A stretch of DNA of 64,000 nucleotides from Vitrella brassicaformis CCMP3155. Taxonomy: Eukaryota > Protista > Chromerida. A program made the translations under genes and the position numbers. Positions 32,208-43,805 of this stretch are shown in pieces. Every line of letters starts with the position of its first letter. The first letter of the stretch is position 1. Location of the stretch: contig CDMY01000239.1 of the NCBI GenBank assembly GCA_001179505.1, forward strand, positions 1-64,000. The letters are read 5' to 3'. The notes below the pieces were generated by a model. It ran no database searches, was not told the origin of the DNA, and saw only the letters and a list, made by a program, of their open reading frames with translations.

Positions 32208-35200
32208 TTAATGGCGGCCGAAGAAGAAGTCCCCCCACCCCTCCCACCACTCCCCCCACGACCGTTGCTGCTGCTGCTGGCGCCTCATCGCCGCCTCCCG
32301 GGCCTCCCATGGTGGGAGGACCCATGACGGGGGTCCCGGGTGGGGCAGTAGCAGTGGAGGTGGCGGTGCGTGGTGACCGGCAATCATGGCTTGGAGCATG
32401 TGAGGTGGTACTGGTGCTGGTGCGGGGTGGTGGGGGAAGGGCATCGGCATCGGCGTGCCATGTGCTGGGTGGTAGAACATATACACAGGCGGCGCAGCAG
32501 AGGCCACAGGCGCCGCTGCAGGGGCAGCGTATGCTGCAGGTGCCTGGGACGCACCACGAGAAACCACACACAGGTCAAGAAACTCGTTGTATGTATCTTT
32601 CTCTTTCATGTTCTCACCTGCGGTGTGAGGTGGCCCACTCGCCGACGGCTGCTGAGCCTGAGCCGCTCCCGGCGCACCGCCCTTGCGATTCTGAGAGGCC
32701 GTCGACGCACAGGCAAGGGTGAGCCCCCGTGGCGCGAGCCCATCAGACGGGGATGAGGTCAAAGGGGCCGAAAAGGGGGAGAGGGACATTGCTGCTCGGT
32801 CCGGGGCGGGCACTGGCGATGCGAGTGAGGGCTCAGGGGGCGTGAGGGATGGCCTCGGGAGGGCCACTGGCAGCAGGGGTGGGGGCAACCCTGATGCAGC
32901 TAGCTGGGGGCCTTCATCGCTGTCGTTTCGCGAGATGGAGGCCGGTGCTGGAGGGGCCGGCTCCTCTGCCAGCTCTGCGGGCGCCACAGCAGCAGCAATG
33001 TCCGCAGCTGGCTTCTCTGGCATCTCAGCCTTCGTTGCAGCCGTTTTCTCCTTCGCTCGCTGCTTCAGGGCGGCCTGTGCAGTGGCCCGCCACCAGCAGC
33101 TTACACCACGACGGAGCTCGGCGTGCTCGATTGGGCGAATGCGGTCAAGGACGTTTCGCTGCTTCGCGCGTGCCGCAGCTGTCTTGCGCCAGGCGTGGAG
33201 TAGCTTGTGCGTCAGCTGGCGGGCCGCCCTCCGACGGTTCGCTGCAACGCGCCAGATTATCAAGTGGCGACGGAGAGCAGCAGAGCTTCGGGCCACCTGA
33301 CATGCAAAGATAAGGCAAAGATATGGCGCACAGTTGTGTGTTGTGTCCCTCGCTGGTTTGCCTCGCTCACTGACCTGGTGCCACTTCTGAAGCGCCTGCC
33401 TGAGGACGGCCAGCTGCACGGTCGCCTGCAGCCTCTGCGCCGCCTGGCGCCACGCAATCGGTTTCTTCAGTTCTGGCATGGCGAGCTGGTACGAGTGAAG
33501 TCGGATGGCATGGGCCTTGGGCTGCTGGTGGATGGAGGGAGCGTTGAGGTTGCCGAACGCTGCTGTGGGGAGAACGGTGGGGTGCGGCGGAACAGGGGCA
33601 GGGTGGTGCTGCATCGGGGGCTGCTGGGGGGCCATGGGGGAGTGGGGAGAGGGCGCTGCAACATGCCACGCACGCAGCCATAGACCGAGCGAGTATGAGT
33701 GTGTGTATCGTATCGGCGTGTCTGTCAGTGTACCTACCCAATTTCTGTTCTGCCGGGGTGGGACTCCCTTCCTCACTGCAGCCCGAAAAGTTGCCGAAGC
33801 CATCACTTCTCTGAGGGCTGTACGGCGTCGTGGTGGCGGCGGGGCCGTGGCCCAGGGAGCTGAGGGCCTCCTGGCGCTCCTTGAACGCGGTGGCCTCGTC
33901 GGAGATGGCGCGCAGTTCCGTCAAGATCTCCGAAAACGGCGGCCGCGGGTCCTCAGGCACCATGATACATCTGACACAGAAATGGCGACCGACACAGTGA
34001 GCCTTCCTTCACTCACTCATCCGTGTCGCCATCCACTCCACTGACCTGAGCGCGAGGTTGGCCACCTTCCTTGCGAACTCCAGCGGCCACTGGGCGCGCC
34101 GGTCGAGCATGCACATGAGTCGGTCGATGTCGTGGTTGAACTCATTGACGAGGTAGTCGACTTCCTTGGTGCCCGGCCGCTGTGTGCCGGGGGGGCGGGC
34201 CGTCAGCAACTCAACCAACACCATGCCAAACGAATACACCTCCGTGTACTCAGCCACAACAGCACTGCACAGCACGGTCACCGAACCGACACACAAACCA
34301 GCACGAGAAAGGCAGAAAAGGATGCAATCGCAGGGGGGGAGATGGGTCTGTGTGTGTGTGTCGCTCTGCTGGATGGATGCTCACCGCTTGATGTACAGCG
34401 GATCGGCGTAGCCCGCAGTGCCAGTCACCTGCTGCACACGGCAATCTGCACACGCACCGACAACAAAAGCACATGCATGTGTGACTTTGTGACTGACCAG
34501 CAAAATGTGTGATGTGTCTGTCCCGCTCACCCTCTCCGCCCTGCGATATCTTGGCCATTCCAAAATCCGCCATCTTGGCGCCGTCATTCTTGTCCAGCAG
34601 GATGTTGGCCGTCTTGATGTCACGGTGGTACACCTTGGGGTGCGAGTTGTGCAGGTGGTGCAGCCCCTCACACGCGTCAACCGCGATCTCAATCCGTTGA
34701 TACCACAGCAACGGCTTGGTGCCTGCACACAGACAGAGAGACAGACAGGTGTGGCNNNNNNNNNNNNNNNNNNNNNNNNNNNNNNNNNNNNNNNNNNNNN
34801 NNNNNNNNNNNNNNNNNNNNNNNNNNNNNNNNNNNNNNNNNNNNNNNNNNNNNNNNNNNNNNNNNNNNNNNNNNNNNNNNNNNNNNNNNNNNNNNNNNNN
34901 NNNNNNNNNNNNNNNNNNNNNNNNNNNNNNNNNNNNNNNNNNNNNNNNNNNNNNNNNNNNNNNNNNNNNNNNNNNNNNNNNNNNNNNNNNNNNNNNNNNN
35001 NNNNNNNNNNNNNNNNNNNNNNNNNNNNNNNNNNNNNNNNNNNNNNNNNNNNNNNGGGGGGGGGGGGGGGGTTGTGTGTTTCTACCCTTCCGCAGTCTGG
35101 TGTTGACATCGCCGCCCTTCATGAACTCATACACGAGGTAGCGGAAGGGGCCCTGCTTGGCCCGGGCAAAACCCATCAAAATGACCAAACACGGATGCCT

Positions 35201-35976
35201 GATCGACACACAGATGACCAACGATCAACACAGGCGCCACATGCCATACGTGGTGCGGTGTGCGCTTTGATGGGTACCTACCTGAACTTGGATAGGACTC
35301 TGACCTCCTCCTCAAAGCCGGTCTCCACAGGGTGCTGCAGCTGCTTGATGGCGCACTCGGTGCCTGGAGGCACACATGGCCATGCATTGCAATGCACCAC
35401 AGATGAGATGAGTGAACCGATCCCTTGCGCGGCGGACATGTGTTGTGTGCTTCTCCTTGGCTGACTGACCCTTGAGGGTGGCCTTGTAGACCTTCCCATA
35501 GGCACCAGCGGCCAAACAATACTTGTCGTGAAAACCCTCCGTCGCCTTATCCAGCACCTGGCCAACACACACAGCAACAGCAGGCACAGGTCACTCACAT
35601 ACGATGCCATCGTTAACTCCCCTGCCCCACACACTGGACTGACTGACCTCAATGGGGTACTCGAGGCAGATGTCGTTGAGGCTGTTGTCGGTGGTCGGCG
35701 ATCTCTCCACATTGCCCGTCCCAACGCCCATCGCCTGCTGACCCCCCTGGCCGGTCGCAGCAGGCACAAAGCCCTGGTTGTTGTGACCGTAGTGGGCAGC
35801 ATTATTGGCGTTGTGGTGGTGGCTGGGGTGATAGGGGTTCTGCGATGCGCCGCCTGCGGCAGCAGCGGGGTGCCGGTGGGCGTCACGATGCATGCCCGGC
35901 TCCAAGGGAACAAACTCAGCGGTGTCTGTGTCAGTCAGAAGGGAAAGGAGTTGCCACGCTGCTCACGCGACGACAT
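32208..35976 (-). CDS. Pelle/IRAK/RLK-like protein kinase with a long C-terminal extension containing Sfi1-like W repeats and a Pro-rich tail
   Basis: Spliced motifs LAAGAYGKVYK, CAIKQL, HPCLVILMGF, LVYEFMKGG, LLWYQRIEIAVDACEGLHHLH..VYHRDIKTANILLD..AKMADFGMAK, VTGTAGYADPLY and EVYSFGMVLVELLT match the RLK/Pelle kinase pattern. The start and the frame of the last exon are uncertain. Confidence 0.85.
34756..35055. other. Assembly gap (300 N) within a kinase intron
   Basis: Run of N next to a poly-G tract. Confidence 1.
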
Positions 35977-36043
35977 GGTTTCCTTCTCCTGGATTGCAGC
36001 TCCTCTTGTGAGCTCGCACGCGCTCTCGGCGAAACCCATCCCA

Positions 36044-39000
36044 ATGGCGGCTGTACCATCGCAAGTTGATCAGCTCTCCGGAAGCAGTGAGCATCACCCT
36101 TACCAGCAGCAGCGGCAGGAGGAGCCTCCCGGACCGGCACCCGCTGCTGAGTCTGACCGCGGTGCTGGTGGTGATGATGCAGACATGGAGCAAGCAGGGG
36201 AGCCAGAGGGAGTAGAGGAGAGCCACCACAGTGCGACGCAAGAGCAGGAGCAGGACGAGGAGATGGAAGATGGCAGTGAGCCCGACGAGGCAGCAAATGA
36301 CGGTGCCTCCCCAGCCAATGGGCCATCCTCGCCCATCGACACGGCCACCCTCTACACCATGTATGCCTGTTTGCCGCCAGTTGCATGCCACACAGCACTC
36401 GGGCAGACAGACCATTGATGGGATGGACGTCTGTCTGTCTGTCTCTCCTTTCTCTCTCTTTGTGGTCACTGGGTCTGTGTGGTGTGTGTCCAATGGCAGG
36501 TATGATTGGATCTTGCTAGTGCGTTTCCTGTCGACGTTCAAGGATGCGGTAGGGTATGACTTCACGCTGGACGAGTTGGAGCAGACGATTCAGCAGCGTG
36601 GGAGCGACCCGCGGCTGCACAAGCTGCACTCGCGCCTGCACCTGCTGATCGGCAAGAGATGGCACCCCAACCTCACCGTCGACAGGGCCATGTTCAAGCT
36701 CGTCGACGAGCGCCAGCAGGACATGCCGCACCTATTCAAGGACGGCAACCCTTTCGGAAAGGGAACATACGACACACTCCCCGTCCAACAGGTGGGTGTA
36801 GCTACATGGGATGGATGGACACAAGAGAGAGGGGGTGAACAAGGGGAGGTGGATGAATGGATGAATGGATGCTCTGTCTGTCTGTCTGTCTGTCTGCTTG
36901 TTGTCCATGCATGCAGCGTCTTCGTGGTTTGCGTTTGCTGGTCGTGGCTGCTTTGTCGCAGTCAAAGAAGATTCAAGACGTACGCAGTGCAGACACTTAC
37001 ATACATACATACAAGCAAGCAAGGAAGGAATGGGCGATCACATAATGTCATGCGGGTCCGTCATCAGAGCGTCCATGATGCCGTGGTGCGTGTGTGTGTG
37101 TGTGTGTGCGTGTGTGTTGTGCAGGTTGTGTCGGGCCTGGGTGGGTGTGCGTTGCGTGGGGAGGACCACCTGGGGCGAGACAGGGAGGGAAACCAATACT
37201 GGTGGGGCAGGCACACGCGACCGACACGAATCATCCACAGCACACATTGACGAGACTGCTGACTGCTGGCCGTCCCTCTGTGTGTGTCAGGTTTTTGCGT
37301 GACACGAGGAGTCTGTCCGGCTTTCGTTTGGTGAAGGAGAGCCGTTCGAGTGGCGAGTTTGAGCTCATTACGGGGGACCCCGAGGTGCTCCAGGCACTCG
37401 CAATCACCATGCAGACGGTCCGGTCCGCACACGACAGAATCAATGGATGGATGGATGGATGGAAGACCAGCGCTGCATTCATGGTGTGTGTGTGTTTGTG
37501 TGTGTCAGGATGGTGGCAGTGAGGAGTTGGGTCGCATTCTTGCAGAGTGCTACCAGCAGAGTATCAGGAACCAACAGGTGTGTACAACGAAACCCAAATT
37601 CCTGCCTGCGTCACGCACGAGCAGCACCGACCGGCTTGTTTGTGTCCCTTCCGCCATTGATTGGCTCGTCAGGCTGAGAAGCGAAGACAGCGTCAGCTTG
37701 CCAAGGTCAGCTCAGCACCCGCACACGCCGTCACGGCATCCACCTCGCACTAGCGGGCTCTCTATTGCTCATGCTTATGTGTGTGTGCGTGTGTGTATGT
37801 GTGTATTGTTCAGATTCGTCAGCATCACGACATCACGGAGGGCTGGGTGTCCAGCCGCACCAGGAGGAGACCCCAGTCATATAACTACAGGAGATACGAC
37901 GACATGGTCAGTCACCAAGGACACCACGCCCACACACACACACACGATGCTAATACACACATCCCACGCTGTCTGTGTGTCTGTGTGTGTGCTGCCTGCA
38001 GGTGCGTCGTGGCGATGAGAGTGGCAGCCAGGAATCGGAGGAGGAGGCGCCCAACACCGTCGAGAGCAGGCAGCAGCAGACCAGGGAGGAGCGGGCGGCT
38101 GCCAGAGAGAAAAGAAAGGTACGCACCTACCTGTGCTGTGCACATGATGTGGGTGGCGGGCGCAAACACACCCAGTCACGTCACTGTATGCCCCACCTGT
38201 CTGTCTGTCTGTCTGTGTGGTGCATCCATCTATCCCTCTACCCATCCTGGCAGGCCGAGATGCTTCTTCGCGTCAAGAGCGCCCCTCCTGAGTCCCACAA
38301 GAGACCCTCACTGTCACAAGAGCAGCCCAGTGCTGTCGTCAAGCATGAGCAGGACGAGGAAGAGGAAGAGGAAGAGGGAGAGGACCGGACCAGGGGGTTT
38401 GGCCGCAAGGCCACCCGCAGCCCCCAGCCGCCGTCTCTGCGTGCTGCTCCCGCTGGCCGGCCCCGCAAGGTCCTCTATTCCGATTACAGGGCTGACTCAC
38501 CCGTGTTGTACGAGCGTCAGCCTTCATCGAACCCCTACGTTTCTCGATCGGGTCGGCAGGTCAAGAAGCGCCCCTTTGGTGACGAAAACTGGGAAGAGGA
38601 CCAGCAGGGGTCGAGGCAGAGGAGGGCGGCGGAGCGGCAGCGGCACGACGCGTTCCCCAGGATGATGAGCACCCCCACCCCGCCGCCCAGCGCCCGCATG
38701 ACGCTTCGGAGGACCCCTGCTGAGCGGCCGCCAGCTGGTGTGGCCCAGGGCCACCATTCGCTCATGCTGGATGCCATGAAGATGAAAGAGCGGCGCAACG
38801 AGGGGAGGAGACGCAGAGGCAGAGACGGCAATCATGACGGTGACGACGAGGATGACGACGATGATTATTATTATGATGTGGACGAGGGCGAGGATGAGGC
38901 CGACGAGGAGGAGGAGGATGACCGCCAGCCGTCGAAAAGGCACCGGCAGGCTCCTAGGGGTGGCGGCCAGAGGGACAGGCCTGGGCTGATGCACCCCATG

Positions 39001-39877
39001 ATGGTGCTGCACCAGCATGCGCGTCAGGCGGCCAGATCGCCGTCCAATGTGGCCTACCAGAGCGCGCAGGCCATGCACATGATGCCGCTCCAGGTCCAGG
39101 TCGGTCACCACAAACACACAGTACCGGCCGACCATGACATGCGCATATTTGTGCGCTATGAATATGTCTGCTGGTGTGTGTGGTTGTTGTAGGCTATGAT
39201 GCGTGCCGCTCCGTTTCTGTCTCCCCGCCGCCCTGGGTACTACCTCACCCCCTGGGGCCCCATCAGCGCCGACCGACCCAACGTCCCCCCGTCAGCCCCC
39301 AAGCACCCTGCATTCGGCGCGCGGCCGAGCATGATGATGCCGGTGCAGGGCTCCCAGTCCCCACGCAACCCTGCCACAGTGCCGAGCAGCAGCAGTGCAG
39401 GTGCGTCAGGTGGCCAGGCCCCCCGTGAACGGACTGTTGGTCCCCTCCCCCCTCCGTTCCCCTCCCTGGCGTCCGCACCCCCTGTCACCCCATGGATGGC
39501 CGCCATGCTCATGCACCAAGCCGCCACCAGGACACCAACACACAACAACCGTGAGCAACCAGCCAAGCAACACTTTGACACATTCAGGGGGCGCGGGGTG
39601 GCATGGCCACCGTGCATCGTCCCTTGTACGAGTGGGTGTGTGGTGTATGGAATGGCTGTCAGGTGTGTCGATGTCGGGAGCCTCTCGGTCGCCCATGGCT
39701 GTTGCACATCCCCCCCGTCCCGCGGATGGGCCGCCACCCGCTGCTCCTCTTCCAAGTCAGGAGACCATGGACCAGGCCGAGTCCAGCGGGGCTGCTGCTG
39801 CGAGTGGTGGTGGTGCGAATGGTGATGGCGGTGATGGTGTTGCAGATATGGCGCGCAAGATGATGGAGGATATGTGA
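36044..39877 (+). CDS. DDT- and WHIM-motif protein (ISWI-associated chromatin-remodelling subunit-like) with a long disordered C-terminus
   Basis: ATG at 36044. MYDWILLVRFLSTFKDAVGYDFTLDELEQTI..LHKLHSRL is DDT-like, YDTLPVQ|QRLRGLRLLVV is WHIM1-like, and LRGEDHLGRDREGNQYW is WHIM2-like. Stop at 39875-39877. Confidence 0.65.
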
Positions 39878-39983
39878 GCCGGAGGAATGGATGGATGCGT
39901 TGGTGCAGGCGTGCGTAAGATCAATCTTGACGGAGAAACAGTGCCGGTTCTGCCCTGGCTGTCGGGGCTCGACACTGTACGGC

Positions 39984-40107
39984 GAGACAGTCGTGCTGCA
40001 GCCTGCCTGTCTCTCCGTTTAGTGTAGTTACCCCACAGGCGGGGCAGAACCGGCCGCTGGGCGGGTAGCTAGATGCAGCTGGCGGCAGACAGGTTGCAGT
40101 GTTGACA
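39984..40107. repeat. Second copy of the GC-rich element at 11.27-11.43 kb
   Basis: ctgtctctccgtttagtgt..acaggcggggcagaaccggccgctgggcgggtagctagatgcagctggcg..acaggttgcagtgttgaca matches the reverse complement of 11320-11410 and, directly, the left arm 11269-11322. Confidence 0.9.
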
Positions 40108-40394
40108 GGGGGTAGAAAACATACAGCATACATACCTGTGTCGGGTGGGTGGACCGACTGAAAGTGTCTTTCTGCCTGGAGTGCCTCTCACGGGGGTTGT
40201 ACACACCGATGCACATCGCTACTATTTGAGGGAAAAATGACACTTGAGACATCACACACATGCATACACACACACATGCGTATCGTCATCCCATCCCATC
40301 CCATCCTCCAATCCACATACATACCTACATCCATCCACGCATACCTAGGGAGATCCACGATGCCTGCCTGCCTGCCTGCCTCTCTGTTGGTTAG

Positions 40395-43316
40395 CTAGAA
40401 GGAGCTCATTTTGTGCAGTGCGTTAGTCGTGACCGTCACATCGAAGTCGGGGACGGCGGCAGCGACGATGTCCTCATCTTCAGCCGCCGAAAACTCCTGC
40501 AGTGCCACCGACACCAAATGCTCATCCGCTGCATACCAAATGCAACAGATCATTGGATGAGGCGATCAGTACACACACACACACACACACACGCGATGGA
40601 AAGACATGAGAGAGTTTCGGTTGTATGTGTGTGGTGGCGAGGTGGCGTGTGTCTTACGTTTGGTGGCGAGGCTGGTCCTTGAGAAGGATATGAGAGGCTG
40701 CTCGAGGCCCGACGGCACGTGACCACCCTCTGTCAGCTCATCCTCCTGAAGAACAAAACCACACACATAGATCCGATCCGAGTGCACACACTTGATACGG
40801 AAAAGTGGGAGACACAATACTTGCCAGAGGCCTTGGCAGCTTACGAATGCGTGTATTTGCTCCAGCCACCTCCATTCGTTCTTCTCGCTGATGGCCGCCT
40901 CGCCCCTTTGCTGCTGCTGCTGCTGCTGCTGGGGCACATCCACGGGGACGATCGACGGCTGCTCCAACACCCACACAACGATCTGATACACAACATTCAC
41001 AGCAGGGAGTGTGTCGGTCGGTCAGTCAGTCAGTCAGGAATGGAGGCATGCCTGCCTCTGACTGACCTGTTTGGTTGTAGCGGCGCAGACCCACAGCTTG
41101 GGTTCACCAGCCTGTGTGTCGCTGACGTCACTGGCGCGGCGGAGATGCAGGTGCGACTCTGGCTGGCCCTCCTCAAACATGTGAACCCCCACACAGGGGT
41201 GGCCCAGCAGACACCCACCCAGCAGCTTCCACGGACCCTTTATGTGGTGGCCTCGCTGCAGAAACCTGTCCAGCACAGAGAGGGAGGGACGGGCATTCAT
41301 AGACACACAAGACAGTGGGTGTGGCGTATATGGGTACGGTACCCCACCCTGGTGTGTGTTTGCCTGTGTAGTGTATGTACCTGACTTGTGGGAGGTGTGT
41401 GCCGCATGCAATGATGGTGTCTCCCTTGGAGTTGATGCAAGCTGCAAACACACAGCGGGACACACACAGACCACGGTGGCCGTCTGTCACCGTGTGTGTG
41501 TGGGCCTGGCTGACCAGCATGTAGGTGGCAGAGTGACTCTGACATTCGGAGGCCGCCTGGGGCCGTGTGGTGGTGCTGGGTCTTGCGTGGCACGTGGCCG
41601 TCCAGATTTACCGTCTCCACCAACCTGACACATGCCCACACGCACACGCGTGGATCCATGTGTACTGAAGACAGTCAGGACTGACTGATCAATACTGACT
41701 GACTCGAGTGTCTGGAAATCCCACAGCTGCAGCTGGTCGTGGTCCCTGAAGAGGACAAACCAGAGACACCAACGGCGGCAAGCAGAGACACATGCAGCGG
41801 CAATGAATGCGCGTGTCTCCAGCCATGGATTCTGTCGTCGTTGTCCCTCGCTTGTCTTGCCTGTAGGATGCGCTGAGTATCTGGCATGACTTGTGCGGCT
41901 CCAGCTCCCGTGTGGGTGTGTGTGACGACGGGTGGGAGGCAGGGGTGTGGGACTTGGACGGCGTGTGCGACTTGGAGCCTTGACGAGACACGATCACCGG
42001 CGCGAAGGCCACGTCAGCTGCCTGGGCCGTCAAGGGCCGCACCCTGTCCAGCACGCGCACTGAATGCTCCTGACGGCAATCCCACACCTGCACACACATA
42101 CATACGCGAATGAATGCACAGGTGAATGAATGTCTCCGTGCGTTTGCTTATTGATGCTAGCCGAGGGAGGGATGCTGGCTACTCTTGGAAAGGGTGTGGT
42201 GTGTACCTGACCTGAATGGTGTCGTCACATCCCGCCGTGACGAACATCTCGGGGTCAGTAGGATGAAACCGCAAAGCGACTATGCGATTCCTGACATACA
42301 ATACATACACACATACACACATACGAAGCATCGGAGGTATGCAACTAATGTATGTATGCACCACACCTTATCTATCTTTCTCTTTATTGTGGATGTCACC
42401 CACTTACGAGTGTGCCGTGTCTGTCGAGTACGAGTCGGTCCAGAACCCCTGTGAGAGCCGGTGCAGGACCTTCTTAGTCAGGTCATCGTACACCATGATC
42501 TCACGCTTGGCGCCAGCACCTGAAACGAAACACCACCGATGGATAGACAGACGACGTCACGTCAACCCATCGATACATACATATCCATATGGTATGTGGC
42601 AGCTTACTTACAGGCGAATTTGTGTCCGCTGCAGTCATAGTCGCAGCACAGGAGGGCGTCTGGTTCTTCGTCGACATGGTTGAAGGGCCGGGCCCTCCAG
42701 GTCACCTTGCCACTGGGCGGATGGCACGTCACCACCTCACCACCTGCACACCCCACACACAGAGAAGAGACAGCACTTGTATGTGGGCGAGAGGGGGTCT
42801 GTCGAGCACCGGCCACCTGCGAGGGTGGCGAGTATGACGTTCTCTGGCTGCCGGCTGGCTGGTCGCCACTTGATATCCGTCACTTGCTGCACAATCGATT
42901 GCACGTGAAAGATTGTACCCCTTCGGGTGGCTTGTCCCCTGTCCCCCCCTGTGCGTACCTACCGTGTTGCCGAGCTGTAGGCGGTAGACCTCGGTGCCTC
43001 TCTTGAGCAACAACACATGAAGCACTGTATACACACACCGATGCATGGGTAATGAACCGCCGCTCACAGACAGCTTCTGAGTGTCTGCCGGGCCCACGTA
43101 CTGCCGGCTGATGTCCCTGCGGCGACGAAGGAGCCCTGGCATCGAATGCACGAGTACTGAGGGGCTGTGCCACTCCTGCAAACACCCGTGGCACGCACCG
43201 ACGTCAGTCAACCACCAGAGACGAAACACAAGACAGGATGATGCATCGGTGTTTGCTGGTGAGCGGGCAGCTCACTTTGATTCCAGCTGGACGGACCACA
43301 ACTGCGAGGCCTTCAT
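40395..43316 (-). CDS. WD40-repeat protein
   Basis: ATG at 43316 (MKASQLWSVQLESK). Spliced segments include QVTDIKWRP, CCDYDCSGHKFA, AHS|NRIVALRFHPTDPEMFVTAGCDDTIQ|VWDCR and ILSASYR..DQLQLWDFQ. TAG at 40395-40397. Confidence 0.8.
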
Positions 43317-43805
43317 CTTTTCCCCCTCCTGATGCGAGCTCGCTTGGGCCCCAAGGTGGAGACGCAACTTTTCCCTTAAGAACGAAAAACGAAAAGGAGA
43401 GCGTTGCTGCTGCGCGTCTGTCTCGATCCCATGTTGTCTGGACCGCCCCCACCCCACTCACATCAGTAGGTATCGCCATGTGTGAACAGCACGCGGCACA
43501 TACACACCAGGCAATGCAATCTATACACGCAGCCGCACAGCACACAAAGTGCGCACCTATACAACACACACACACCGATGCACAAACACAGTCTTCAGCC
43601 AGCCAGCCACTCAATCAGCCAGCCCTTCAGTCGCTCCGCCGGCCAGTCGCCCATCCATTTGTCGCTCGCAGGCGACCAAAATCGCATCAGTAAGAAGGGC
43701 AAGGCAGGCTTGCCTGCACTCCCCATCCACTCACTCACTCTCACTCATAGCACAGAGTATTGCAATGCACAGACAGACACGGAGAGAGCGCTAGTTTCTC
43801 TCTCG

